Source: a virus (taxonomy: Duplodnaviria; Caudoviricetes). From it: a stretch of DNA of 64,000 nt. Made by a program: the position numbers and the translations under genes. The stretch lies in IMG/VR virus record IMGVR_UViG_2974723664_000001, positions 1-64,000 of that record. One strand, 5' to 3'. Below are positions 17,205 through 26,483 of this stretch, in pieces. Below the pieces are notes generated by a model. It had not been told where the DNA came from, made no database searches, and saw nothing but the letters and a program-made list of their open reading frames with translations. Position 1 is the first letter of the stretch; each line of letters begins with the position of its first letter.

Positions 17205-17738
17205 ATGGCTAAGGATTATTACGACCTAGAGGCGAGAATCATGGCCATGGATGCTGCTTCCAACGCGCACATCACTAAGTCGATGATAGGGATGGGGCGC
17301 ATCCACCAGAAAGATCGACTTGAACGCTTGCTGGACTTGTATGGTACGCCCCAGTTCGGTAAGGAATATCAACAAGCATCCCACGCAGAGGGGCTATCCC
17401 ACCACGGGATAAAAATCCTGCGTGCTGTTGAAGCATTGTGGATGCCTGACATCATCAAGCTACAGGGTCAGATTGCAGCCGCCGAGCGAGAAGAATCCAA
17501 TCGCAGACGCCTGGAAATGCTCAGAGAAGCAGAGCAGAGGATGAGTGGTAAGTTGTTTAATAACGTCTTCTTGGATTCCGTCCAGGATGGCGGCTGGTAC
17601 GAACAAGCAGACCAGATAGCCAAGCTGTTTGAGCCGCCCAAGCAAGCAACTATCGAACCCCAACAGCAGCAACTACCCGAACCTAAGCCTCCTGCCAAGA
17701 AAGGCTTCCCTTGGTTCTTTGGAAAAAGGAGATGGTAA
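17205..17738 (+). CDS. hypothetical protein
   Basis: AAGGAG RBS. Confidence 0.7.
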   Translation: MAKDYYDLEARIMAMDAASNAHITKSMIGMGRIHQKDRLERLLDLYGTPQFGKEYQQASHAEGLSHHGIKILRAVEALWMPDIIKLQGQIAAAEREESNRRRLEMLREAEQRMSGKLFNNVFLDSVQDGGWYEQADQIAKLFEPPKQATIEPQQQQLPEPKPPAKKGFPWFFGKRRW

Positions 17739-17938
17739 TGCGTCATCGTTTTCTCATGCCCATGCCTGCTGGGCAAGCAGCCAGCAACACGCTTGGCCGT
17801 ATGCGGGAAATGGCTGCCAAGCACGGCTGGAAGCGCAATTGTTCCTTGATCGAGTGGCTGGATAAGCAACTCACCGAAGGGAACCAAGCGAAGCAATTGG
17901 TCAGCCGCTGGGAAGAAGATTCCCTGAAGGGTCAGTAA
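17738..17938 (+). CDS. hypothetical protein
   Basis: AGGAG RBS; TAATG coupling. Confidence 0.6.
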   Translation: MRHRFLMPMPAGQAASNTLGRMREMAAKHGWKRNCSLIEWLDKQLTEGNQAKQLVSRWEEDSLKGQ

Positions 17939-18153
17939 TGACCCGAAGACAAGACCCCTGGAGTGGTAATCACGACCATGACTTCCACTCCAGTCATCCC
18001 ACCAGACTCCAGGAGATACGGGAGCGTACCAATACGCTGATCCCGTACAACTGGACAACCCGGAAGTGTGTGTGCTGTAAGCGTTCACGGAGTCTCCGGC
18101 AATTTAAAGGCGACAGCACCACATGCGTGCGTTGCCCACCACAGGAGCAGTAA
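17938..18153 (+). CDS. small Zn-finger protein
   Basis: CVCC...CVRC; TAATG coupling. Confidence 0.6.
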   Translation: MTRRQDPWSGNHDHDFHSSHPTRLQEIRERTNTLIPYNWTTRKCVCCKRSRSLRQFKGDSTTCVRCPPQEQ

Positions 18154-18620
18154 TGCGTACTCCCTTCTTTCGTCCCCGGCCCAAGAAGCCGGTGAAACTA
18201 CCGATCATGTTCCGTGGTTCCAAAGCCATGGAAGACGAACTTCGTTTGGTTCCATTCGCATTCATGGATGCAATCGCACGAGGCGATGGGGATATCGAAG
18301 CATTCCTCACTCTGGTGTTCCGTGTCCTTTGTGGACTGGGAATGTGCCAACACGTAGATCAAGGCGAGGTGGTTCGCCCGCATATCCTGAAGGCACTGGG
18401 TGCCTTGTGGCATGTCGGTGATCGAATGATCAAGAAGCACCGAGTTGGTTTCAGTGGTGATGAGCGAAACTGTATTCGCTCTGCCCTCGTCATGATTGAC
18501 GACATGCATGTTCTGGTCACACGAAAGGAACACCGAGAGATCATCAGCATCGTCGGCATGCAGGTCGGAGGCACTACCCTCACCATGCAAACGCTGGAAC
18601 CCTACAAGGAACACCTATGA
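18153..18620 (+). CDS. hypothetical protein
   Basis: AGGAG RBS; TAATG coupling. Confidence 0.7.
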   Translation: MRTPFFRPRPKKPVKLPIMFRGSKAMEDELRLVPFAFMDAIARGDGDIEAFLTLVFRVLCGLGMCQHVDQGEVVRPHILKALGALWHVGDRMIKKHRVGFSGDERNCIRSALVMIDDMHVLVTRKEHREIISIVGMQVGGTTLTMQTLEPYKEHL

Positions 18621-19528
18621 GCCAGATCAAGGCAACTGTCATCGCTGACAGCATCAGTCCCCAAGGCATCCGATTGACCACTTTCGAGTTGGTCTACCAC
18701 CGCTACATCCATTCGGAATTCATGACCCATCGCATGGTGTCGAAGAACTCCGCCAGCAGTCGTGCCATTCCCACGGCCAAGCTGCTGGAACAGGTTCGCA
18801 CCAGTCCGATGATGCCGCTGCACTGGGGGCAGAACCAAAAGGGAATGCAAGCAGGCCAGGAACTCACGGCCCGTGGTCGTGAAGAAGCCGAGGCGCGGTG
18901 GCTGTGGGCCGCAGGCCAAGCAGCCGACGCAGCCGAAGGCATGCTGGAAGCCGGTCTTCACAAACAGGTGGCCAACCGTGTGCTGGAACCCTTCGTTGCC
19001 ATGCGTGTCATCGCTACAGCCACCGAGTGGAACAACTTCTTCCACCTGCGACTGCATCCCGATGCCCAGCCTGAAATCCAGGAACTGGCCAAGCAGATGC
19101 GTATCGCTCGTGAAGCGGCTACGCCCACTCTGCTGCATCCGGGCATGTGGCATCTGCCGTATGTCACTCCGAAGACCACGGTGGAAGTCCACAACCACCT
19201 GAAACATGGACGCATCACCCGTGACGAACCCCGTCCGTCTGAAGTACTCACCCTGCTGAAGCAGATCAGCGTGGCTCGTTGTGCTCGTGTCAGCTACAAC
19301 AACTTCGAGGGGCGCCCCAGCACCATCGAAGAGGACCTGGCACTGTTCGATAAGTTGGTTGGCAGCAGTCCCCTGCACGCCAGTCCGACGGAACATCAGG
19401 CATCCCCGGATAGCCGAATGCAACTAGACAGCGGCGAATACGACTGGATGTCACCGCAACTGCACGGCAACCTGAAGGGCTGGATTCAGTATCGCAAGAT
19501 GCTGTCTGGCGAAAACGTTCCCGGTTAA
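18617..19528 (+). CDS. thyX: FAD-dependent thymidylate synthase
   Basis: EFMTHRMVSKNSASSRAIP; LRLHPDAQPEI; HASPTEHQA. Confidence 0.9.
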   Translation: MSQIKATVIADSISPQGIRLTTFELVYHRYIHSEFMTHRMVSKNSASSRAIPTAKLLEQVRTSPMMPLHWGQNQKGMQAGQELTARGREEAEARWLWAAGQAADAAEGMLEAGLHKQVANRVLEPFVAMRVIATATEWNNFFHLRLHPDAQPEIQELAKQMRIAREAATPTLLHPGMWHLPYVTPKTTVEVHNHLKHGRITRDEPRPSEVLTLLKQISVARCARVSYNNFEGRPSTIEEDLALFDKLVGSSPLHASPTEHQASPDSRMQLDSGEYDWMSPQLHGNLKGWIQYRKMLSGENVPG

Positions 19529-19542
19529 ATCGGGTTGTTTGG

Positions 19543-19569
19543 AGAGGGCATCCGCCCTCTTTTCTTTTT
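19543..19569 (+). terminator. rho-independent terminator
   Basis: GAGGGC-ATCC-GCCCTC then T-rich tail. Confidence 0.75.
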
Positions 19570-19590
19570 ATCCACTCATGGAGAATTCAA

Positions 19591-22146
19591 ATGCAGGTAA
19601 CTCACGAGAATTCCAACATCACCCACGTCGCCATGGGTGGACTGGAAGCTATCGAATGTGGCATCACTGGTGATGCACACTTCATGCACATGCTGTCCGC
19701 GTCTCTTTACAAAGACCAGCAACTCGCCATGGTCCGCGAGACGGTGTGCAATGCTCTTGATGCTCACATCATGGTCGGAAAGACCGATCCCATCGAGATC
19801 ACGCTCAACAACGAAGAACTGATCATCAAGGACTTCGGACCCGGCATCGCTCATGACATGATCGGCCCGATCTATGGCGTGTATGGAGCCAGTACCAAGA
19901 AGAACGACGGCAAGCAGACCGGTGGCTTCGGCCTGGGCTGCAAGTCGCCCTGGTCTTACACGGACACCTTCGAGGTCATCTCCTGCCACGAAGGTAAGAA
20001 AGCCGTCTACCAGATGACCAAATCGTCTGCCGAGAAGGCAGGCAAGCCGAGCATCAAACCCATCGTGGCCAATTTGCCTACGACGGAAACCGGCATCACG
20101 GTCAAGATTCGCATGAAGAGCTGGGCAGACTCCGGCGAGATCATGAAGAAGCTGCGCAACGTGCTGTACTACGGTGGCATCCCCTGCATCCTCAACGGGA
20201 AGCTGGTGGAGACCATCGAGTACGAAAAGATGGTCAGCAACTGGGTGGTAGTCAACCACCGGGAAAGCAACTTGAACCGTCCGTTGCTGATGGTCCGTTA
20301 TGGCAACGTGACGTACCCCATCACCGAGCACGCTGCATACCAGAAGCAGATGCGCGTGATCAGCCAGTTCATGAAGAACCTGCCCACCTGCAATACCGGG
20401 TACGCCATGATCTTCCAGGCTCCCCCGGACTCCTTGGCTCCCACCCCGAGCCGAGAAGAACTGTCCATGATCGACATGACCGTCGATACCTTGAGCAAGC
20501 TATTGCAGGTATTCGTGGACGAACTGAACCAAGACGGCCAAACACTGGTGGAAGAACGGGCCTTGGCTCGCATTCGTGCTGCCGGTGAAGCGAACGTCAA
20601 TGACCTGCTGGAATTCGGTGAAGTCGTCCCGAAGCGGAAGGGCTACGAACTGATCTCGTCGCAGAGCTACTACGACACCAAGCTGGCACGCCCCATCACC
20701 GAACTCGGTGACTTGGCAGACCTGACGATTGACAATACCTACCCGGGTCGTCATATCCCAGGCTTCCGTAAGAAGGACCTGTCCACTCGCTTCGAGGTTG
20801 TGAAGAAAAAGCTCAAGAGCCAATGGAATGATCGTCTGCTCAAGAGCTACGAGAAGGCATTCGCCTCCAGCTACGGTGATCAGAGCAAGATGCAACGCCA
20901 ATGGGCCACCAGGAATGTACTGGGTTGGTTCGTGAAGAAGATGCTGAAGCACGCCCCCAACATGAAGATGTCCGAACTCTACGTGCTGGGGCAAGGAAGC
21001 CACAACAGCTACCGATATCGTTATTCGGAACTGTCGAATGTCCTGGTGGAGTTCAACCAGTTCTGTCCGGCTGGCTTCTACCACATGCTGCCGTTCCTCT
21101 TCAACCGAGTGATCCTGACCCACAGCCGAACCACCATCGTGGACCGTATGTGGAGCCACAAGGACTACCGCCACACTCCGGGCCGTGCATTCGGTTCCAT
21201 CGTGGTGGTATTGCCCCGCTCTCCCAAGCGTGTGCAAGAAGCCAGGGACTTCCTGTCCACCATTGGTGCCTCGGTCATCGACATGACCAGCATCCATGAG
21301 TGGGAGGCGGATGCGTTCAAACCCAAGGCACGTCCGGCCAAGGACCCCAATGCTCCGAAGGCACCGAAGCGTGTCAAGAAGAAGGGCTTCCTGTGTCTGG
21401 CTGCTGCGGTGAACGAACACGGTACTTACCAACCGTATGAGTTCGCTCGTGACAACCCGGATGCTATCCGCATCGAAGTCCCGAAGTTCCAGGTCACTCT
21501 TCGTGGAAAGTCCCGCGATGGATACGACCACACTCTGGGCGACTTCCGGCTGCATGACTCCAGGCTGATCGCAAGGCTGTATGGCGAGTATGGTGCCATC
21601 TGCCAGAAACAGACGGAGATCGAAGCGGCAGAGAAGTTGGGTGCTGGAAATATTGAACCCTGGGTCCTGGACCGAGTGTTCAAGGAAATGAAGACCAACA
21701 AGCGTATCCGTCATCACCTGATGTACTCCATCGGGAAGGTACGCAGGCTCACCGCAAACGAACTCGGTGTGGGCGGAATGTTGTCTTTCCTGCTGGACGA
21801 TCCTGTTCTGTGCGGGCACTACAAGATGCAGAACCAACTCTCCAAGAGAGATGAACTGCTGCTGGCACTCTACGAGAGTATCAGCGAGGCTGTTGCCGAT
21901 CCCTGGGGACGTTTCCGTCACCAACCCGGTAATCAGAAGCGTGCTCAGGAATGGAAGAAGCTGGCTGAGGTGTTGGCCGCTATTCCACCGGCCCCCCATC
22001 TGGTTTCATTGGCTCAGAAACTTGTGGGTAATGTGCAAGTCGAGCTACTCAACACCAGCAATGCTGGCAATCTCCTGCGAAGCAAGGATACGTCCGACGA
22101 GAAGAAGGACTACATCCGAAACTTCATCATCAACGCCATTGGCTAA
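19591..22146 (+). CDS. rIIA: rIIA-like protein (N-terminal GHKL ATPase)
   Basis: RETVCNALDAH, DFGPGI, GGFGLGCKSP. Confidence 0.88.
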   Translation: MQVTHENSNITHVAMGGLEAIECGITGDAHFMHMLSASLYKDQQLAMVRETVCNALDAHIMVGKTDPIEITLNNEELIIKDFGPGIAHDMIGPIYGVYGASTKKNDGKQTGGFGLGCKSPWSYTDTFEVISCHEGKKAVYQMTKSSAEKAGKPSIKPIVANLPTTETGITVKIRMKSWADSGEIMKKLRNVLYYGGIPCILNGKLVETIEYEKMVSNWVVVNHRESNLNRPLLMVRYGNVTYPITEHAAYQKQMRVISQFMKNLPTCNTGYAMIFQAPPDSLAPTPSREELSMIDMTVDTLSKLLQVFVDELNQDGQTLVEERALARIRAAGEANVNDLLEFGEVVPKRKGYELISSQSYYDTKLARPITELGDLADLTIDNTYPGRHIPGFRKKDLSTRFEVVKKKLKSQWNDRLLKSYEKAFASSYGDQSKMQRQWATRNVLGWFVKKMLKHAPNMKMSELYVLGQGSHNSYRYRYSELSNVLVEFNQFCPAGFYHMLPFLFNRVILTHSRTTIVDRMWSHKDYRHTPGRAFGSIVVVLPRSPKRVQEARDFLSTIGASVIDMTSIHEWEADAFKPKARPAKDPNAPKAPKRVKKKGFLCLAAAVNEHGTYQPYEFARDNPDAIRIEVPKFQVTLRGKSRDGYDHTLGDFRLHDSRLIARLYGEYGAICQKQTEIEAAEKLGAGNIEPWVLDRVFKEMKTNKRIRHHLMYSIGKVRRLTANELGVGGMLSFLLDDPVLCGHYKMQNQLSKRDELLLALYESISEAVADPWGRFRHQPGNQKRAQEWKKLAEVLAAIPPAPHLVSLAQKLVGNVQVELLNTSNAGNLLRSKDTSDEKKDYIRNFIINAIG

Positions 22147-22155
22147 GGAAACACC

Positions 22156-23748
22156 ATGCAGCAATCCACTCCCCTGACCATCGTGGTCTGCGCGTTCGTC
22201 CTGGACCAACGCGAACTGACCCTGTACTCGCCGACCGGTGAGTCCGTGGTCATCAAGCAGGGTGATCCCCGTGTCGCTCCCATCCTCGAAAAGATTCAGC
22301 CGTTCATGGCTGCTCAACAGACGGTGGAAGTGAACCTGGGCGAGCACCACACTCCCACTCCCACGCCGGTCATCTCGGAAGAAGAGAACGGCAACTATTT
22401 CGGTGAAGCCGAGAAGAAGTCCGGTGGCGTCGTCCGCTTCTTCCGTGTGGCCCGTTCGGCTGTCCGCAAGTTCTTCGGAGCCAAGGACACCCCGACCACT
22501 CCGGTGCAAGACGAACAGCCCAAGGTGGAAATCCTGGCTCCGTGCCAGGGTGGCGTCATTCCCTCCAAGGAACAAGCCGCCATCGAAGAAGTCATGGCCA
22601 ACGCCATTCCCTCGTCGTCGCCGGACTTCAAGGTCCCGGCCGGTGCTGAAGCCGATGACACCACGGGTGATACCGTGGTCGCCGTCGTCGGTGACACGCT
22701 GATCCCGAACGTGGAGGCCCTGGCTCCCCAGATCAAGCACGCCGTGAAGTCCAACAGCACCATCGGCGTTCAACGTCTGATGGAGCGCATCGCTGCTGTC
22801 GCCAAGAAGCGCCATCACTCGGTGGAAGACCTCATGAAGTTCATGCGTCTGGGCGACCTGCCGGTCAACGACAACGGGGATATCGTTGCCTTCAAGGCAC
22901 TGAAGACCCGTTCGTTCGGCAACCGCTACGACGAACGCTTCAAGTGGGCTGACATCCACTCGGGCAACGTTCCGCAACGCCTGGGTTCCCTCGTCTACAT
23001 GGACGAGTCCCTGGTGGACCCGGATCGCCGCAACGACTGCTCCAACGGCCTGCACATCGCCAGCCGCTCGTACCTGAGCGGATTCCGTGGTGACGTGTGC
23101 GTCGTGGTGCTAATCCGCCCGGAAGACGTGATCGCCGTCCCCGAGTACAGCCACAACAAGATGCGGGTGTGTGCCTACCACATCGTGGCCGAACTCAGCA
23201 GGGACCAGTACCAGAAGCTCCTGGCCGACAAGTCGTTCACCGACGACAAGGAAGGCCAACTGCTGCTGGGCCGCATCATGGAAGGTCGCCACATCCCGGT
23301 GACCAACAAGGTGCGGATCACGGCTGAACGCGGTGGCGGCATCGTCATCGAAGACGTGGACAAGACGGCATCCGTCCCCGATATCCAGCCGGAAAACGCT
23401 CCGGTCCCGGAGAAGCCCTCCAAGGCTCCGAAACGTCTGGCCACGTCCCTCGACAACCCCAACGTCAAGAAAACGGCACAGCGGCCCACTACGCAAGCCG
23501 CAGCGGCACCCGTGGCCGTCAAGGATGTGCTGAAGAAGGCGGACACTCTCAAAAAGGGTGGTCAAGTAGCCCAAGCTGCTGAACTGTTCAAGGCATTCAC
23601 CGATGCCAAGACCAAGCAAGCGGAAAAGGACGCTGCCCAGGCTCTGCTGGACTTCAAGAAGAAGGCCAAGAAGGGTTGGGCCGTCCTGGGCCTGCCGGAA
23701 GACACCGGCACGGAGTTGACGAAGGTGGTCAGCCCCAAGCTGCCCTGA
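22156..23748 (+). CDS. rIIB: rIIB-like protein
   Basis: CSNGLHI and AVPEYSHNKMRVC motifs; follows rIIA. Confidence 0.88.
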   Translation: MQQSTPLTIVVCAFVLDQRELTLYSPTGESVVIKQGDPRVAPILEKIQPFMAAQQTVEVNLGEHHTPTPTPVISEEENGNYFGEAEKKSGGVVRFFRVARSAVRKFFGAKDTPTTPVQDEQPKVEILAPCQGGVIPSKEQAAIEEVMANAIPSSSPDFKVPAGAEADDTTGDTVVAVVGDTLIPNVEALAPQIKHAVKSNSTIGVQRLMERIAAVAKKRHHSVEDLMKFMRLGDLPVNDNGDIVAFKALKTRSFGNRYDERFKWADIHSGNVPQRLGSLVYMDESLVDPDRRNDCSNGLHIASRSYLSGFRGDVCVVVLIRPEDVIAVPEYSHNKMRVCAYHIVAELSRDQYQKLLADKSFTDDKEGQLLLGRIMEGRHIPVTNKVRITAERGGGIVIEDVDKTASVPDIQPENAPVPEKPSKAPKRLATSLDNPNVKKTAQRPTTQAAAAPVAVKDVLKKADTLKKGGQVAQAAELFKAFTDAKTKQAEKDAAQALLDFKKKAKKGWAVLGLPEDTGTELTKVVSPKLP

Positions 23749-23777
23749 TTGGTTCCATGGGGGTAACTCTGTAGAAT
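23749..23777 (+). promoter_or_regulatory. possible sigma70-like promoter
   Basis: TTGGTT-17 nt-TAGAAT in the intergenic gap. Confidence 0.35.
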
Positions 23778-23804
23778 AGAGGTATCTTTTACGGAGATAC
23801 CCTC

Positions 23805-24308
23805 ATGGCCAACGTCAACCGCCCGAACCGGAAAGCTTCGGACACGGACATCCTGCGTATGAACTACGTGGGGATGTCCCTTGGCACTATTGCCAAAACT
23901 TTGGGGATACACCCCACCACAGTCACCCTGCGTTTGCAGAACCTTGGGGTTTACCCGGCAGACACACGTCGCACCTTCATGGAAAACGTGCTGACGCCGC
24001 TACCCGAGGATGTGGCTGAATGGCTGGCCGACCAACTCGGCCCAACCTATCAGATTCGTGAGTACGTCCGTGACCTGCTGAAAGCAGCGTATGACGCACG
24101 ATTCGATAACCAAAGGACCGCATATGAGCGACACCTTGCAAAATACGGCGGAGTGGTTCCGCCAAGCCTCGCCCACACCTTCCGCCCAGAACCAGTCCAC
24201 GCAGATGGGGGTTCACTTCGAGGAAGTGCGGGAGATGCTGATGGAACTGACGCCCCGGACTCCGGAAGCGGCAGCGATCCTGGAAGCGGCGAACAATGCC
24301 CTGGATAA
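23805..24308 (+). CDS. HTH DNA-binding protein
   Basis: GMSLGTIAKTLGIHPTTVTLRL; GGAG RBS; long 3' overlap with next gene. Confidence 0.7.
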   Translation: MANVNRPNRKASDTDILRMNYVGMSLGTIAKTLGIHPTTVTLRLQNLGVYPADTRRTFMENVLTPLPEDVAEWLADQLGPTYQIREYVRDLLKAAYDARFDNQRTAYERHLAKYGGVVPPSLAHTFRPEPVHADGGSLRGSAGDADGTDAPDSGSGSDPGSGEQCPG

Positions 24309-24582
24309 TCTGCAAGCCCTGCTGAAGCGTGATGCCACGGCCATCGGCGTCCACCCGAGCAACATTCCGATGTTCCTGGACAGCCTGTGCGATCAGATCG
24401 TTACGGCGACCGGCGTCGGAACTTTCTTCGGGGTGGATGTACCCGGGGCGATGGCTGAAGTCAATGCCTCGAACTGGTCGAAGTTCGTGGACGGCAAGCC
24501 CGTCCGTGATCCGGTCAGCCAGAAGATTCTGAAAGGCCCGGACTACTTCAAGCCGGACCTGACGAAGTACATCCCGCAGTAA
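24124..24582 (+). CDS. MazG-like NTP pyrophosphohydrolase
   Basis: EEVRE, DSLCDQIVT, EVNASNWSK, KILKGPDY. Confidence 0.82.
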   Translation: MSDTLQNTAEWFRQASPTPSAQNQSTQMGVHFEEVREMLMELTPRTPEAAAILEAANNALDNLQALLKRDATAIGVHPSNIPMFLDSLCDQIVTATGVGTFFGVDVPGAMAEVNASNWSKFVDGKPVRDPVSQKILKGPDYFKPDLTKYIPQ

Positions 24583-24592
24583 GCCAACCAAC

Positions 24593-24618
24593 AGAGCCTC
24601 CCTTCGGGGAGGCTTTGT
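24593..24618 (+). terminator. terminator hairpin
   Basis: GCCTCCC-TTCG-GGGAGGC-TTTGT. Confidence 0.7.
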
Positions 24619-24636
24619 CATTCCTGGAACCAAGAG

Positions 24637-25944
24637 ATGGATAAGTCCACAACTACCAAGCCGCTGAATGCAGACCAACAGGCGGCAGCAGAGGGATTCT
24701 TCAAGTCCCTCTTCGACCCCAACATCAAGGAGATGAACATCAGCGGCCCTGGTGGTGTGGGCAAAACCTTTCTGATGGCACACATCATTGACGAGGTGAT
24801 GCCACAGTATGAGGAAGCCTGCAAGCTGATGGGGGTCAAGTCTGAATTCGACACGGTGGTCATGACGGCCACCACGAACAAGGCTGCTGAGGTTCTGGCT
24901 CAAGCCACGAACCGCCCAACCAGCACTATCCAGTCCCACCTGGGGCTGACGATCCGCAACAACTTCCAGACCGGTGAAACCGATCTGATCAAGTCCCGTA
25001 ACTGGGACGTGAAGGAGCGACAGATCGTCTTCGTGGATGAAGCCTCCATGATCGATACGAAGCTCCGCTCGTACATTCTGGAAGGCCAGTCCAAGTCCAA
25101 GATCGTCTACGTTGGTGATCACTGTCAGTTGCCTCCGATTAAGGAAGAACTGTCGCCGATCTACACCAACAACCTGCCGATGTTCAAGCTCCTGACGCCC
25201 ATGCGAACGGACAAGCCGGAACTGCTGGCACTGAACCAGATGTACCGAGACATCGTGGAAGGCAAGCGTGACTTCGGCAACATCCAGTGCTACCCCGGCA
25301 TCATCGATCACGTCGATGGTGAGCAGATGGAAGAACTGCTGCGGACTCACTTCAATGGTCCCAACAAGAACCGTGTGCTTGCCTACAGCAATCGCCAAGT
25401 GCTGCTGTATACGGATCACATCCGTGAGCAGCAAGGCTATCGAGGAGAGTTCGATATCGGTGAAGAACTGGTCGTGAACCAAGGGTTCCAACGTGGGCAA
25501 GATCGTCTGTCCAACGAGCAAGAAGTCACCATCATCGAGAAGTCGTCCATTCTGGACAACGTTCGCATCGACGTAGACGTGACCCTGGAATGCCGTCGTG
25601 TCGGCCTGGACACCGGTTACGGTGGCGTCATGCACGATGTGCTGCTGCCCATCGACCGTGATCACTACACGGCACTGTGCAAGTATTACGCGAAGCAGAA
25701 GAACTGGGAACGCTACTTCTATCTGAAGGATGGTTTCCCTGACCTGCGAGCCAAGGATGCCTGCACGGTACACAAGGGCCAAGGCTCTTCCTACGATACG
25801 GTGTTCATCGATCTCGGTGACCTGTCCACCTGCAACAACCCAACCGTTGCAGCCCGCCTGTTCTACGTGGCCGTTTCCCGTGCTCGCAACCGTGTTGTGA
25901 TGTACGGCAATCTGGCTCCGAAGTACGGGCAGATAGTTCATTAA
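24637..25944 (+). CDS. Dda/RecD-like SF1 DNA helicase
   Basis: GPGGVGKT, VDEASM, GDHCQLPP, TVHKGQGS, YVAVSRA. Confidence 0.92.
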   Translation: MDKSTTTKPLNADQQAAAEGFFKSLFDPNIKEMNISGPGGVGKTFLMAHIIDEVMPQYEEACKLMGVKSEFDTVVMTATTNKAAEVLAQATNRPTSTIQSHLGLTIRNNFQTGETDLIKSRNWDVKERQIVFVDEASMIDTKLRSYILEGQSKSKIVYVGDHCQLPPIKEELSPIYTNNLPMFKLLTPMRTDKPELLALNQMYRDIVEGKRDFGNIQCYPGIIDHVDGEQMEELLRTHFNGPNKNRVLAYSNRQVLLYTDHIREQQGYRGEFDIGEELVVNQGFQRGQDRLSNEQEVTIIEKSSILDNVRIDVDVTLECRRVGLDTGYGGVMHDVLLPIDRDHYTALCKYYAKQKNWERYFYLKDGFPDLRAKDACTVHKGQGSSYDTVFIDLGDLSTCNNPTVAARLFYVAVSRARNRVVMYGNLAPKYGQIVH

Positions 25945-25953
25945 GGAGCAGAC

Positions 25954-26475
25954 ATGCAACTGAAGGGAAGTATCCTGAACAACCTGACCAATGCAATGGG
26001 CATCGTCCAATTGCTGTTCGAGGGCGACAGCCGTCGAATGGATAAGGCTCTGGAGGAACTGGTGTCAGCCAATGACCGGCTGAACAACACACCACCCTCC
26101 GCAGGGTTCATGTTCAACGGGGAGTTTTACATGCGTGCGAACGCATCGAAGGCTCCCATGCACGGTGAACGCCGTGTGTTGCACGAGGACTTGTGGGACC
26201 AGATGATGGAATACCTCAAGGACGTTGCTGCTCTCATCATGGACGTTCACATGATCAACCAGATGACACACCGACTCGTCGGTAAGTGTCAGACGGAGCA
26301 AGACCTCCGGGATGCATTGCCTGATTCCATGGTGATGCTCTCGGATACCCTGAATGCGTTGCCCAGGACTCGTCCTGTGGCGTATACGCTGGAAGGAGAT
26401 GAACGGGCGCAGCGACAGTTCGCCAAGGTGAAACCCTTGATGGACACCTATGCTGCCACCCGTCTGCTGTTCTAG
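25954..26475 (+). CDS. conserved N4-like protein (gp38-like)
   Basis: synteny between helicase and polymerase; AAGGAG RBS. Confidence 0.7.
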   Translation: MQLKGSILNNLTNAMGIVQLLFEGDSRRMDKALEELVSANDRLNNTPPSAGFMFNGEFYMRANASKAPMHGERRVLHEDLWDQMMEYLKDVAALIMDVHMINQMTHRLVGKCQTEQDLRDALPDSMVMLSDTLNALPRTRPVAYTLEGDERAQRQFAKVKPLMDTYAATRLLF

Positions 26476-26483
26476 GAGGAAGC

